DNA from: the human T2T-CHM13v2.0 reference genome, Homo sapiens
Length of the DNA stretch: 64,000 nucleotides
Direction: 5' to 3'
NCBI GenBank assembly: GCA_009914755.4
Contig: CP068257.2
Span: forward strand, 21,632,001 to 21,696,000
Of this stretch, positions 15,861-30,200 are shown one piece after another. Position numbers and translations under genes: made by a program. Each line of letters begins with the position of its first letter. Positions within the stretch are counted from its first letter, which is position 1. The notes beneath the pieces were generated by a model, which worked only from the letters and a program-made list of their open reading frames with translations, was not told the origin of the DNA and did not search any database.

Positions 15861-16664
15861 AAAGCATTACTATAACTATCAGCATAGTTGAAGAGATATG
15901 TGTCCTTTTAAAAATTCTTTAATTTTTAATTTTTGTGTATCCACATATATATGTATATGTATATATGTGTATGTGTATATATGGGGTATAGGACACATTC
16001 TGATACAGGCATAGGATGCATAATAATCACATCAGGGTAAATGGGGTAACCAGTACCTTGAACATTTATCTTTTTTTGTACTATAAACAATCCTATTATA
16101 ATCTTTTATTTATTTTAAAATGTACAATAAACTATTGATGACTGCAGTCATGCTGTTATGCTATCAAATATTAGATGTTATTCATTCTATCTAATTATAT
16201 TTTTGTACTCGTTAACCATCATCATTTCCTACCACCCCCACCACTAGGCTTCCCAGCCTCTGGTAACCATTATTCTACTCTCTATCTCTGTGAGTTCAAT
16301 TGTTTTACTTTTAGCTTTCACAAATGAGTGAGAACACATGAAGTTTGTCTTTCTGTGCCTGGCTTATTTTACTTAACATATGACTTCCAGTCCATAGGAG
16401 ATGGATGTCTTTAAAATTCATAGCTTAAACAAAAGTTATCTGTAAAGAGTATCTTTGATTTTGAAAATGTTTACATTTATGACAGTATATGTGATCATAG
16501 GTTACAATAAATGAAAAATATTCATAAAATACTGGGCAAGAAAATTTTAGCAGATACAACATGATAGCATACAGAGAGGATCACGTGACTAAAAAATGGA
16601 AGTGGCAAAACTTATCAGTGCTGTGTTTGCTTAAAAACATTAAATGACTTTGACAGAATTTTAG

Positions 16665-16993
<329 letters not shown>

Positions 16994-19900
16994 TTATTTA
17001 ATAATCTAAGGTACTGGTATTTTTGTCTCATAACAATAATCTTATTTTATTGTAAAATAAATTACATAATATATGTGACAAATTAATGTTTTTGTATTTA
17101 TTCCCTTTTCACCAGCAGTTGATGCTTCATATATTTCAGCCATAGTATCTAGAACTCAGTATTGAATATGTGTTCATCCATCCCTTCAACTCCATATTCA
17201 GGAGCCATGTTTGAGTGCTGTATCTATCTATAGCATCTATCACAATAACTGATGCAGGGTAGATGTGGAACAGGAAATTTGAAATCTAAAACTATTGCTG
17301 AAACTTTATTTATTTTTTTTTAAAAAGATGCACCATGAAGTTCAATATGTCATAGAAACATAGAATCTTGTATAGTAAGAACTTTGACTTTTTGAAGTCC
17401 TAGGCTGATCATGATTCTCCTCAGTAAGCAACAACGTTGACATCCAGGTAATTACCGAAGTCTAGAACAAGAAGATGAGATGGATGGGAAAGATGTTAGT
17501 TAAATGGTCTATCCTAGGTAGGATAAATAAGAATCTCAGTCTATTTCATATTATGCTTGGGTTTTTAATTGAAAAATAAACATAAAGTCTCTTTTTAAAT
17601 TTCCTTGAAATGCAACATTTAATTAAAAATATGCGAACCTTTATAAATGTTATTTAATTCATAGACTATGTTTATGTTAGAAAATGGGATTTGTTAACAT
17701 GTTACACATTAATTTCATTAACCCCATTCATCATGATATAAATTGTTTCAGTTGTTTCCTAAAGAGAAACTCATATTTGATGTCTATTTTCTTTTATTTT
17801 TTTCTTTTCAATGGTATAAAAAAAGTTACATAGTGACTTTACCAATTTTAAATTCAAACCGAATACAAATTCTGGTTACATCAACATTAATGATCAATTA
17901 TAATTAATTAAATGAGAAAAATCAATGAATGGTGGCCATTAGTAAGCCAGTATCATTTTCAGTGTCTATTTTGAATTTTATTCCAGTTCCAACTGATATG
18001 GTTTTAGAAGTAAGTCCTTGATGACTCTATAGATCCTTAACTCTGATGACTTTATTTTTCTTAGTAGGAAGAATATGGCTTATAAAGAACTATGATTTAT
18101 ACTTTAATTGTAAATTCCACTTGCTCTGTTTATGGCGTTTTATTTTGGGTCAGGATAGTTCTCTATTCCATGACCTATTACCATTTAGTTTGTATTGCTG
18201 GCAAACAGTTTCCTATTTATAACACAAAACTATTTACTCCCTGGGGAGTGTTGACTCTCAGTTAAATTAACCACCGCTAAAGCAATTACCATTTTAAGGA
18301 GCCAAATCCCTTTTGAACAATTCCAATTATATTTGGAATCGAGCACCACAGGTTTTTAAACAATTATGTACAACATTGCCATGTATCCACAGTCTCCAAA
18401 AAATTAATTGACTAATAAATTAGGTAATTATTCATTTATAATATTTGATAATGCTGCTTTTTCCTTAGGAAACCATGGCTTCTTAATAAAGACTCTTAAA
18501 TGCCAGATGGACATCTGGGAGTGCCTTTATCTTATATTAGCCAACTCATTCTGTAATATTTAAGTCTCTTTCCTTAATACTCAAAAGCTTATTTCTTAAC
18601 CCTATACTCCAGTTTATTTTTGACTGACTCCCTTGGTGACTTGGCCATAGTAAAACTTGAGGTCCTTGGTTTGTTAATTCAGCTATTGTCTCCATGATGT
18701 CTTTTTACTTTGCTTTCTATCTCTTCATTACTCCTGCTTAACATTTGAGTCAATGCACTAGTTTTTCTGAAATATAATCCACAGCCATGCAATATATCAA
18801 TGTGATTATCTCTTTCATATTTCCTTTTTCATGACTGTATTTCTAATTTTCCTGAAGTACATCCCTACTGTTCCATTGAGGGGATAGTGATGGAAGAATT
18901 AAAATAGATATCTCAGGACAAAGTAGAATAAAATTTTAATATTTGAATCTAATATTTAATATAAATTTGTAAATCTACAATTAAAAATGTGTTTAAGAGT
19001 TAGGCCTATCTGCAGAGAAAAGGTGTTTAATTTTTTTTATTCTCCTCCTTTTGAAACATGTGATTGAATAAACCAGGTTATACAGCTATACTAAAAGTCA
19101 GAAGTCAGGAAATCGATAAACTCAATAGTGTCTGCTTGTTTCTACCGAATGATAAAAAGAATTCTGGAAAGAAAGTAAAGGCGTATTTCAAGGTTTATGT
19201 TTTCTTCCTTCAAAGGCCTAACCAGCAATGATTTCCAGAAAGGATAAAATTTTGCAGAGACAAGAGTGTAGAAAGACATGGTAGAGAAATAGCCCACCGT
19301 GGACCCGAGGGTTCAACCATGCTCTAGGATAACAAGAAATAGACAGAGATTCAAAAAATGTAGTGTCTCTAGCACTTGAGGGACCCTGAGGAGCAGTAAG
19401 CCCTGCCCATCTTCAGCCATGGAGATAAAGAAAACTAACACTGTTTGCAAACCTGCTTACCCTAGAGAAAAGGTATCACTCAGAAAGCATATGGAAAGAA
19501 TGCTGCAGTTGATTGTCCCCTCATCTTCTTCTGCTTGGAGGGAGAGAATAAGGAAAGACAAGAGGCCCATAAATTCATCAAAGGGGTTATTCTAAATGTC
19601 CTAATTTTCTGCCCAGAGTAAAATTACAAAGCAATTATGCAAAACTTGCAGTGCCTCTCTTCTGCAGTTTCTTTATTTTCCCTTTTCATTTTCTAAAGTA
19701 AAAGTTTGAATACCCTTTGAGCCGTCTTATTTTCTCAGTGTTTCACGGCATTACCGTTGCCTATGTGAATACACGATATTATAGACAATGATTATATTGA
19801 TCTCAATGGCAATAAAGTTTTAAAAGGTGAATTTTCTAAAATGCAATGGAATTTAGTTTATTAAAAAGAACATTCATAATCCATTTCTCATATTATATAT

Positions 19901-20297
19901 GTTTGGGACTTGTGGAAAATCACGTGTTATAATTATTCAAAAATATGTAGCAAAATACACATTGGGATTTTGTTGGCTATGTCTATAACATTATCAACCT
20001 TTATAATGTTAAATAAGCTCAGCTATTCTTAGAAAACCATACAAAAATGTAGAGCTTAATTTGTTAATACAAGATGAATACCTTTGTAATAACAACTTGG
20101 GACAAAAAATAGAAAACTCTACTCTGCCTAGCAGCCCAGAAGGCCTTCATGTGCCTCCTCCAATGTCTGTCCCCTTAGTCTCTCTAAAAGTAACAGCTAT
20201 TCTGAAATTATGGTAATCACTTCTCTTGTTTCCACATGGTTTTGTCATCCAAATGTGCATCTCTGAACACTATAGCTTAGTTTTCTTTAAAAAACAC

Positions 20298-20548
20298 GTG
20301 CCAAGGCACGTGAATCACCTAAGGTCAGAAGTTCTAGACCAGCCTGGCCAACATGGTAAAACACTGTCTGTACTAAAAATACAAAATTTAGTCGGGCAAG
20401 TGGTGGGTGCCTGTAGTCCCAGCTACTCAGGAGGCTCAGGCAGGAGAATTGCCTAAACCCTGGAAGCAGAGGTTGCAGTGAGCCAAGATGGCACCACTGA
20501 ACCCCATCCTGGGTGAGAGAATGAGACTCCATCTCAAAAAAACAAAAG
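20298..20548 (+). mobile_element. Alu SINE, 5'-truncated (starts near Alu position 35)
   Basis: It reads 'gccaaggcacgtgaatcacctaaggtcagaagttctagaccagcctggccaacatggtaaaacactgtctgtactaaaaatac...' through an A-rich tail. Confidence 0.9.
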
Positions 20549-20781
20549 TCTCTTAAAGCTGCAGATCTCCATACTTTCTTTCTCCCTTGAAGGACAGTGG
20601 TTGTTTGATTTGTTTAGACTCACACTGTCTTGAATTTGCTGATTGTTCACTCATAGAGCAATTTGACATGTTCCTCTGCCCTCTGTATTACCTTTAATCT
20701 GTCAGCTGGTCCCAGAAGTTTAGTAAGGTTACAGGTGATGTTTTCTTTCTCCAGGAGACACACATCAGGAGACACATATGA

Positions 20782-20805
20782 GTGTGTGTGTGTGTGTGTG
20801 TGTTT
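20782..20805. repeat. (TG)12 dinucleotide microsatellite
   Basis: The run 'gtgtgtgtgtgtgtgtgtgtgtgt' is visible. Confidence 0.95.
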
Positions 20806-21423
20806 CGCTTAAAAAAATATTAGCAGCTGTTGTCAGATAGATCCCGTTATTTACTTGGGTTGTAGAGTAATATTTGAAGTCAGTGTGCTTTTATTTATTG
20901 GAGGAAATAGTCTTATAAAGAAGCAGTTTGATTTTCCAGGGGTACATTCATGTAGAGAAATAGATTTAATGTATGGTTATTTCTTATTATTGTTTCTATT
21001 TTAAAAACAAACTGTTTATTCTGATTTCCTCAGAAGGAGACGAGATATTTTTCAATCACCTTAAAATCATGGATTTAAATGTACACTATAGATTTAAATC
21101 CATGATCATACTTGTCCTTATTGAAGTGAATATTGTCTGTTTTTGTCCAGGGAGTCTACTATTTGATTGGCACAGAACTACATTGTCGTTGGTAACTTTC
21201 TTATTGCTTGCTGTTTTCAGAAGCAAAAGAAACTATTTTTTTTTTCATTTTCTGACCCATACATAAAGGCAAATATTTCTCCAAGAAGCCTCCATTACAT
21301 AAGTGGAAAATAGTATCGCTAGATTACAATCTGGTCTGGGTGTTAAGGATGCATATTGATTCCAGACTTGGTCATTTAGGTCTATTTGGTACACAAGGCA
21401 GAATAAAGGGATTATTGCTTGAT

Positions 21424-21465
21424 AGGTAGGTAGGTAGGTAGGTAGGTAGATAGATAGATAGATAG

Positions 21466-21506
<41 letters not shown>

Positions 21507-21530
21507 GATAGATGAGACAAGACAAGACAG
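21424..21530. repeat. Compound tetranucleotide STR (TAGG)7(TAGA)n with interruptions, then (GACAA)3
   Basis: It reads 'ggtaggtaggtaggtaggtaggtaggtagatagatagatagatagaagatagatagatag...gatgagacaagacaagacag'. Confidence 0.95.
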
Positions 21531-22127
21531 ACTATGAATAAATTAATCATACTGCTGTTTCTAACTCAAAGATTCAGGACACATGCTTTTGACTTAATTC
21601 TTCCATGTAGCATCTATAATATTATATCAAGTATCTTCTATCTTTACACATTGCCTCATTTATCGTTCATATTCCATCTGAATTTGTACCATATTGTATG
21701 TCTATTATCTTGTTCTTCCACATAAAAAATCCTGGTTTTCAAAAGCACAGAATATGAAGAAAATAAAATATAATTACTGATGTGCTTTTTTCCACATTAC
21801 ATATATAGTTTTAGATTAGTTATATTAATTAATCACAATTAATTCTCACTGCTGGGAAAATAAAATCTTATTTTGAAGGTGTTGATGTCCACTGCTTTTA
21901 TTTTCCTTTGTTAAGCTCACTAGTTTCCTCTGGAATCTGAGTTCTATTGAGAGGATCTTGAACAATTGTTGAGTTATAGCTTGCTCTATGTCAAATTAAT
22001 ATATTCAACTGAATTTTATAGAATTAATTATCTGAACACTCTAGTTTTCTAAAGATGAAAGAAAATTTGATACTTTAAAATATTTCTTCACAAATAAATT
22101 TTGAATTTGTTAGAAAAAAGACATTAA

Positions 22128-22420
22128 GGCTTTTCACCATGGCTCACAGCTGTAATCCCAGCACTTTGGGAGGCCAAGGCACGTGAATCACCTAAGGTCA
22201 GAAGTTCTAGACCAGCCTGGCCAATATGGTGAAACACTGTCTGTACTAAAAATACAAAATTTAGTTGGGCAAGTGGTGGGTGCCTGTAGTCCCAGCTACT
22301 TGACGGCTGAGGCAGGAGAATTGCTTGAACCCAGGAAGCAGAGTTTGCAGTGAGCCAAGATGGTGCCACTGAACTCCATCCTGGGTGGGAGAGTGAGACT
22401 CCATCTCAAAAAAAAAAAAA
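22128..22420 (+). mobile_element. Alu SINE, full length, with 13-bp TSD 'aaaaagacattaa'
   Basis: It reads 'ggcttttcaccatggctcacagctgtaatcccagcactttgggaggccaaggcacgtgaatcacctaaggtcagaagttctagacc...' through an 18-A tail. The TSD sits at 22115-22127 and 22421-22433. Confidence 0.95.
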
Positions 22421-22774
22421 AAAAAGACATTAATATATTAATATTAATGTAAAGTTTAACTAAATTATTTTTAAAATTTGTAGAAAAGAATCTAGAATAT
22501 TCACTAATTAAAGTAAAAATTCATTTAAACAATTTCCCTAAATCCAAATCCTGTTTAAATTCTAGGGAATAATGATTATATAGGTCTGTTCAAATTTCAA
22601 TTTTCTACATAGGCATATACAGTCTTCTCTATTTTTTAAATCATCTACTCGACAAATATCAATTTAATTAAGGATTTATTATAGACATATTTATAAAGCA
22701 AGTATAGAAATTTAGTAAATTAAATCAGTAAATACTTAGCAATTTTATCGGTGAATTCGAAAATGCACCATCAA

Positions 22775-23089
<315 letters not shown>

Positions 23090-23198
23090 GTACTATCCGA
23101 AATAAATAAATATTCACCTACTACCACTGAAAGATGGCACCTTAAACCAAGAAACAAAAGGAGCTACTTGGACTGTAAGTAAAACATTGCACATAAGG

Positions 23199-23540
23199 CA
23201 GGGGTCCCCAACCCCTGGGCTGCAGACTGGTATGGGTTTGTGGCCTGTTAGGTACCTGGCTGCACAGCAGGAGGTGAGCAGCAGGTGAGCCAGCATTATG
23301 GCCCAAGCTCCGCCTCCTGTCAGATCAGCAGGATCACTAGATTGTCATAGGAGCACAAACCCCATTGTGAACTGAGCATGCGAGGGATCTAGGTTGCTAG
23401 TTCCTTATGGCAATCTAATGCCTGATGATCTGAGGTGGGACATTTTCATGCTGAAGCCATCCCTCCACTCCTTCTGTCCCACGGAAAAAACTGTCTTCCA
23501 TGAAACCAGTATCTGGTACCAAAAAGGTTGAGGACCACTG
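23199..23540. mobile_element. Non-autonomous hAT-type DNA transposon (MITE-like, ~342 bp) with ~15-bp terminal inverted repeats and a perfect 8-bp TSD 'acataagg'
   Basis: The left end is 'caggggtccccaacc' and the right end is 'ggttgaggaccactg', whose reverse complement is 'cagtggtcctcaacc'. 'acataagg' is present at 23191-23198 and 23541-23548. The internal sequence ('...ctcctgtcagatcagc...attgtcataggagc...gagggatctaggttgc...aatctaatgcctgatgatctgaggtgg...') matches a common human MER-type element whose family name I cannot assign with confidence. Confidence 0.8.
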
Positions 23541-24565
23541 ACATAAGGGATGTAGAATAGTTCCCAGACCCTCTAAAAGCTTGTTTTTACATATGTACAA
23601 AACTTCAGGTCATTCAATTTCTGAATCATTTCTTATTTTCTCCAAGTCAATGATTATGTTCACTCTGTATTTTGTCAGTATGTTGACACTCACCTTCATG
23701 CTGCCTTTTAAAATTGTGCTACTAGTGTCCTGAGATTCTGCAGTTCACTCATACTGTCTCATATGCATACCTTCCATTCTTCATTTTACCTTTTTCATTT
23801 GTTATCCCTGCCATATAAAGAGTAGTAACATTGTCAATCACATAGGTGATGGTGTTGTACATACAGGAAATGGTTCAATCCTGGTTCTTGATGTGACAGG
23901 ACAATAAACAAATCCCTGGCACAACTACGGAATGTGATTAATTAAAAGGAAGTACAGAAAAATAGATGTAAAAAAAGAGCTAATAGTTATTTAAAATCTG
24001 AAATAAGAATTTAAGACAAAAAATGATGGCCAAAAAAAAAAAAAGAGGAAGCGCAGTGATTAACATCTCAAAACAGTAGATACTGGAAAGCCTAGGGCAC
24101 CTGGGGTTGCCAAAGAATAAGAAGTATGAAGTCCGTTTAAGCAAGACAGTGCTTTCCTTTAAAAAACAAAGTCTGTGTTTCAGCTATAATTTGAATGAGA
24201 CAGAAACATGTATTGTTATTGGGTAAGGAGAGATCAATAATTTGATGATGTTTATAACAGTTGACTGAGAAGCCGATGATATAATTTTCCCAGAACCCTT
24301 TGTTCCAAGTGATTGAAATTTTGTCATATCCTGTAACTTGAGCTCCTATCTATCACCAAGAGGATTCTCTTTTTGTGTCAGTGTGATTGAGGTATAATCC
24401 CTACACAATATAATTGAATGTTTTAGCATATTCAGAGAGACATGAAATCATCACGACAATCAATTTTTAAATATTTGTGAAACAATTTAGGAAATCACTC
24501 CGAAAGGAATTTCATGCCCATTATCATCCCCTTATTTCACACCAAATCTTCTTAACACTAGGCCA

Positions 24566-24852
24566 CAACTAATTTATTTTCTTTATCTATAGATTGTCTA
24601 TACTGCGCATTTTATATAAATATAATCTTACAGTCTGTGGTCTTTTGTGACTATCTTTATTTGCTTAGCATTATGTTTGCAAGGTTCATTCATACCATGT
24701 CCATTCCACAACTAATTTACTTTCTTTATCTATAGGTTGTCTATACTGCATATTTCACATAAATATAATCATACACTCTGTGGTCTTTTGTGACTATCTT
24801 CATTCACTTAGCGTTCTGTTTGCAAAGTTCATTCATACCTCTTCATTCACAG
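24566..24852. repeat. ~143-bp tandem duplication (2 units) inside the antisense L1M
   Basis: The units begin 'caactaatttattttctttatctatagattgtctatactgcgcatttta...' and 'caactaatttactttctttatctataggttgtctatactgcatatttca...'. The L1M consensus carries this segment once. Confidence 0.85.
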
Positions 24853-25662
24853 CATCCATTTGTACCATGTTTTGGTACTTGATTCCTATTTATTACCAAG
24901 CAATATTTTATATTTTGACGAACTTAAAGACTGTTTTACAAAATGTGTTAACTATTTTATATGAGAGTTTCAGTTTCTCCACAATTTCACCAACATTTTC
25001 CATCTTACTGGGTGTGAAATTATAGCTCATTGTGGTTTTGATTTGCATTTTTCTGATGACTAATGATGTTCAGCATCTTTTTACTTTCTTACTGGCTATT
25101 TGTATACCTTCTTTGGAGAAATGGTTATTCAGATTTCCTTACCTATTTTTACACTGGGTTGCTTCTCTTTTTCTTATTGAATATATTATATATTCTACAT
25201 TAAGTCCCTCATCAGATAAATAATTTTTAAAAATATTTTGTACTATTCTGTGAGTGGTCTTTATCCTTTCTCCTTGGTGTCCATTGAAACACATTTTCAG
25301 GAAATTTAGATGAAGTCCAATTTATTTCCTTTTCTTGTTGCTTGCAATTTTGGTGTTCCATCTAAGAAAGTTTTAATCAAAGTTCATAATTTATTTCTGT
25401 ATTTTCTTATAAAAGCTTGATAACTTAAGTTCTTACATTTAGGCGTTTATCTATTTTAAGGATTTTTAAAATAAAAGATAAAAACGTAGTCCAACCTGAT
25501 TCATTTAAAGTAGATATCCAGTGGCCCCAGAACAATATGTTAGGCAAACTCTTCTTTCCCCCATTCAACTGTCTTGCCATCACTTTTGACAATAGACTCC
25601 AAATGTGAGGGTTAAATAATGCACACTCAATTAAATTCCATTTATAGATAGGTCTATCTTAT

Positions 25663-25954
25663 AGCTGGTTGCAGTGGCTCATGCCTGTAATCCCAGCACT
25701 TTAGGAGGCTGAGGCGGGTGGAACACCTGAGGTCAGGGGTTTGAGACCAGCCTAGCCAACATGGGGAAATCCCATCTCTACTAAAAATACAAAAATTAGC
25801 TAGGCATGGTGGCATACGACTGTAGTCCCAGCTACTCAGGAGGCTGAGGTATGAGAATCAAATTGCCGGAACCCAGGAGGCAGAGGTTGCAGTGAGCCAA
25901 GATCGTGCCAATATACTCCAACCTGGGTAACAGTGAGACTCCATCTCAAAAAAA
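25663..25954 (+). mobile_element. Alu SINE nested in L1M, with TSD 'tct(a/g)tcttat'
   Basis: It reads 'gctggttgcagtggctcatgcctgtaatcccagcactttaggaggctgaggcgggtgg...' through its A tail. Related 10-mers lie on both flanks (25652-25661 and 25961-25970). Confidence 0.95.
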
Positions 25955-26226
25955 GATATGTCTGTCTTATGCTAGCACCACATAGTCTTGTTTACAGTAG
26001 CTTTGCAGGAAGCTTTCAACATTTTTTTTCTTTTTTTTCAAGATTGTTTTGGTTATTTAGTGTCTCTTCAATTTCCACATATATTTTAGAATCAGCTTGT
26101 CAATGTCTACAAAAAAAAAAAAAAAAACGAAGTTGGAATTTTGATAGGGTTTACTTTGAAGCCACAGAGCAATTTGGGGACCATTGCCATTTTAACAATG
26201 TTAATTCTTACAATCTATGCTCATAG

Positions 26227-26524
<298 letters not shown>

Positions 26525-26869
26525 TAGTTCTTGTTGTAAAGTTTACACCTAAGTAATTCACCCCTTTTGATACTCTTGCAAATTGAACTGTTTGCTTTAT
26601 TTTATTTTTGCATTGTTCATTGCTATTGTATAGAAACAAAAAATTGCTTTTTATATATTGATATTTTTGCACGGATTTCTTAGGATTTTCTATGTACATG
26701 ACCATGTCATCTGCAAATGAAATAGTTTTATTTCTTTATCAATCCGGATGAATTTATTAAAATTATCTTGCCTAATTTCCCAAATAGGGCCTCCATGTTG
26801 AACATAAGTGGTGGCAAGGGTGATCTGTTGCTAATCTCAGTGGATGATATTCAGTGTTTTACAATGATC

Positions 26870-27232
26870 TTCGACAGCTCTGGCTGTTAAATTATCATAG
26901 TCTGTATGGCCTAAACAAACAAAATACTTATGATTATGGGGGAGGCTGGGATATCCAAGATCAAGTTGCTGGCAGGTCTAGCAACCTGCCGCTGGGAAGC
27001 CCTGCTTCCCAGTTTTCAGATGGCCACCTTCTTATAGTATCTTCACCAAAGATAGGGCAGAGAGAGCAAGCAAGCTCTCTACCTTCTCATATAAGGGCAC
27101 TAATCCCACCATGAAGGCGCCACTGTCATGACCTGATTATGTCACAAAGACCCCGGGGCAAATATTACCACTGTGAGGAGTACAGTTTTAGCATGTGAAT
27201 TTTGGAAGAACACAAACATTTAGTACAGAGTG
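26870..27232 (-). mobile_element. MLT1-type MaLR solo LTR, antisense, nested in L1M
   Basis: It is the reverse complement of MLT1. It contains '...ggctgggatatccaagatcaag...ataagggcactaatccca...atgacctgatta...gtgaattttggaagaacacaaacatt'. Confidence 0.7.
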
Positions 27233-30200
27233 ACTATTAAGTATGTTATTAACTATGGAGTTTTTGTAGGCATTTTTTAACACATTGAGAAAGTTTCCTC
27301 TATTCCTACTTTTGTTGAGAAGTTTTTATGATGACAAGGCATTACATTTTATCCAATGACTTTTCTGTGTGTATTGAGATGACTGATTTGTTCTGCCAAT
27401 TTAAATCCATTGTTGATTCTCTCTAGGATTTTTTTTATTTCAGTTATTAAATTTTTCAACAGGAGAATTACTGTCTTGTTCTTTTTTTTGTAATTTCTGT
27501 CCCCTTACTGGTATTCCATATTTAATAAGGCATCATAATAGTACTCTTCTTTAGTTTCTTAAAGATGGTTTTCTTTAGTTTTTAACATATTTATGTCTAT
27601 TTAGAAGTCTTTGTTAAGTCTGACATCTGAGCTCTCTCAAAGTTTCTGCTGATTTTTTTTTTCCTATGTTTGGTTCACACTGTTTTGTTTCTATGTATGT
27701 CACAATTTCTTTTCAAAACTGGACATTTTATATAGCATTATAGCAGCTCCATATACTAAAGTCCCCTTTCCTCCAAATGCTTGTTTTTTCATATATTTGT
27801 TTAAGTGACTTGCCTTTATTAATGGTAAACTCTATTTCCTCTACTTTGTGGGGTTCTGGTTCACCCCTCAGAAAACTCACCCCTGAGCCTATGAACAGTG
27901 ATTCTGAGATGACAGTGTTTATGGAAGGGCTCTCTTTGAGCATCTCTTCCCTCTATAATGCCGTCTGCTTCTGATGGTACCACAGCTGGCAATTTGGCTT
28001 CATTCATTGCTGGATGGTTGCTGTATTTTTGGAAAATGCTCTTTTTCCTTGGTATGTTCTGTAAACTAGCTGGTCTGCAGCTTATTTTACTATTTTCCCA
28101 GAGCTACCAGCCTCCTCTTAGTTGCTCACCCCCAAAATCAATATGATATAATATAAAGGCTCACATTGGGGTATAAAGAAAGCCAGTTCTTTCGGGGAGA
28201 GCTTTTGAGCCTTCCCTTATGGTCTGTCTCTCACATGACACCAAATATCCAAGCCAGTTCTTCATAGCTGTCAGTGGAGACAGTTGGCTGCTTTTCTGAG
28301 TGGCATCTTACTTTATAAGCAGGATACAGTCCAGTTATGGTGACCCCTGGTCTTTTCATCTTGATCCTCCTAGCATGAAACATGACTTTATCAATGAGCT
28401 AGAGCAAGGGCAATTGAAGTTCTATTATTTCCTGCCCATAGAAACTTTTTCCTTTGACAGGGACTGCATAGTGAAATGGAAACCCTGGCCTCTTGATCAC
28501 ACTTTCCTGGAGTTTAGTCCCCTCTGCAATATGTACCTGGGAGTCATAAGAAATGCCAGTTACAAAAACTTCCTGTACAGATATCCTAGCACTCAACTGG
28601 AAACCGGGGAGAGTCACAATTCTGTCTTTCCAGCCATATGTAACTGAAATGGAGATCTTTTCACCCTGAGCCAGGGGTGATGGGAAAGGGAGCTGGTCAT
28701 GGCTCAATGTTTAGCCTTTTCTTGGTCTTCAAGATTTCATAGACATTCTTAAATACATGTTTCTTTCAATGAAGTTTGCCCTTAGGACAATTCACAGCTA
28801 CATTAGGTACTTTTTAAATAATACTTTTGACCATCCGTGGTTATTTCATTGAAGAAAATCTATAGAGCACCTCAGCCATCATTCCAGAAGTGACTATCCT
28901 CCTCAGTAATGGTTCTTATTCTAATTTTAAATATCATTGATGTAGAACATTCTATTTCACTATTCCTTCATTTTATTATTATGGGAAATTATATACAGTT
29001 CTCCAGATTTTTAAAGCCTTGCTAACATGTTTTAAGTCACACAAATATTCTTCTGTGGGAAAATGACAGTAATTTAGTGTGCAACAATTATATAGAACTA
29101 TTTTTCAAACTTATAAACGAAGTGAAATTCTAAATAAAATCATTTATCAAACACAAAAATTTGAGCCAGAATAAGGAATGTAAATTACAATTTAAACACA
29201 GATTATAAACTATCTTACTTTTAAAATGTTAAAATTCCTAACTTGTTTGAAAAATTTGTGCCTGCCTAATATTTGAGAATAATGTTAATAATGTGATTGA
29301 CAAGAACTAAATTCCTTGTAATTACTGAAAATGTGAGAATACACCATGGAATTTAATCAATCTCTCCTGCAAAAATTTAACAAATAAAATTTCAGTATTA
29401 AGTAATGAAAACAATTGCCTTCTTGGTATGTGGTTCACTAAGAAGTTTTGACCATAACTATAAACAACAATATCACAGGCATAAAAGTTGGAGTCACTTC
29501 AAAGAGATTTTCACAAAAAAGTAACTAGAAGCCTGCTAATGTTTTCTATCAAGCAGGTTTCTTGAGTTGCTAAAATAAAAGTTAATGTTATCATTAAATA
29601 AATATTTATACCATAATATGTGTTATAAAAACTTTTGAATGAAGTTTCTAAAGCAAAATGGTGCCTAAATAAATCAGTGATTGATGTTAATGAACAAAAG
29701 TAAAAATCGATAACATTGTAATGTATAGGAATAAATTAAATTACAGAAATAACCTATTTCAGTTGCTACATGAATTATGTAATACAATGTTATAATAAAT
29801 AATCTGTGCTACATGCTGTAACATGAATGCCAATATCATATGTTGATACTCCTCCTCTTCTCAAAGGGCAATTTTTCTGAGACAGAATAGTCAGGATCTC
29901 ATCACTCTCAAGTTAAATAAAAAATGAAAGGGAAGTCTTTAGTTCTATTTCATCCAAATTTGCTTTGCTCATTTTTATTTTGGGAGATTCATCTATATTT
30001 TCGAATGTAGAAAAAGTTTGTTTATTGTCTTAGTAAAGAAATTATACCCCTGTTTTTAACTACATCATAGTATATATTTACTAATTTCTACTCTTACTGT
30101 TATTTCTAGCTTTGTGTTATATATATTTAATTATATCCACACAAACATATATATTTAACTACTTCTATTTACATAAATATTTAATTTGCATTTTCTTTAC

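Noticed and set aside
21424-21530. Assigning the compound TAGG/TAGA STR (or the 38055 ATGT/ATCT STR) to a named forensic locus such as D1S1656 or a DYS marker
   Set aside because: The motif order and flanks do not match what I remember of those loci well enough. Naming a locus without alignment would be guesswork.
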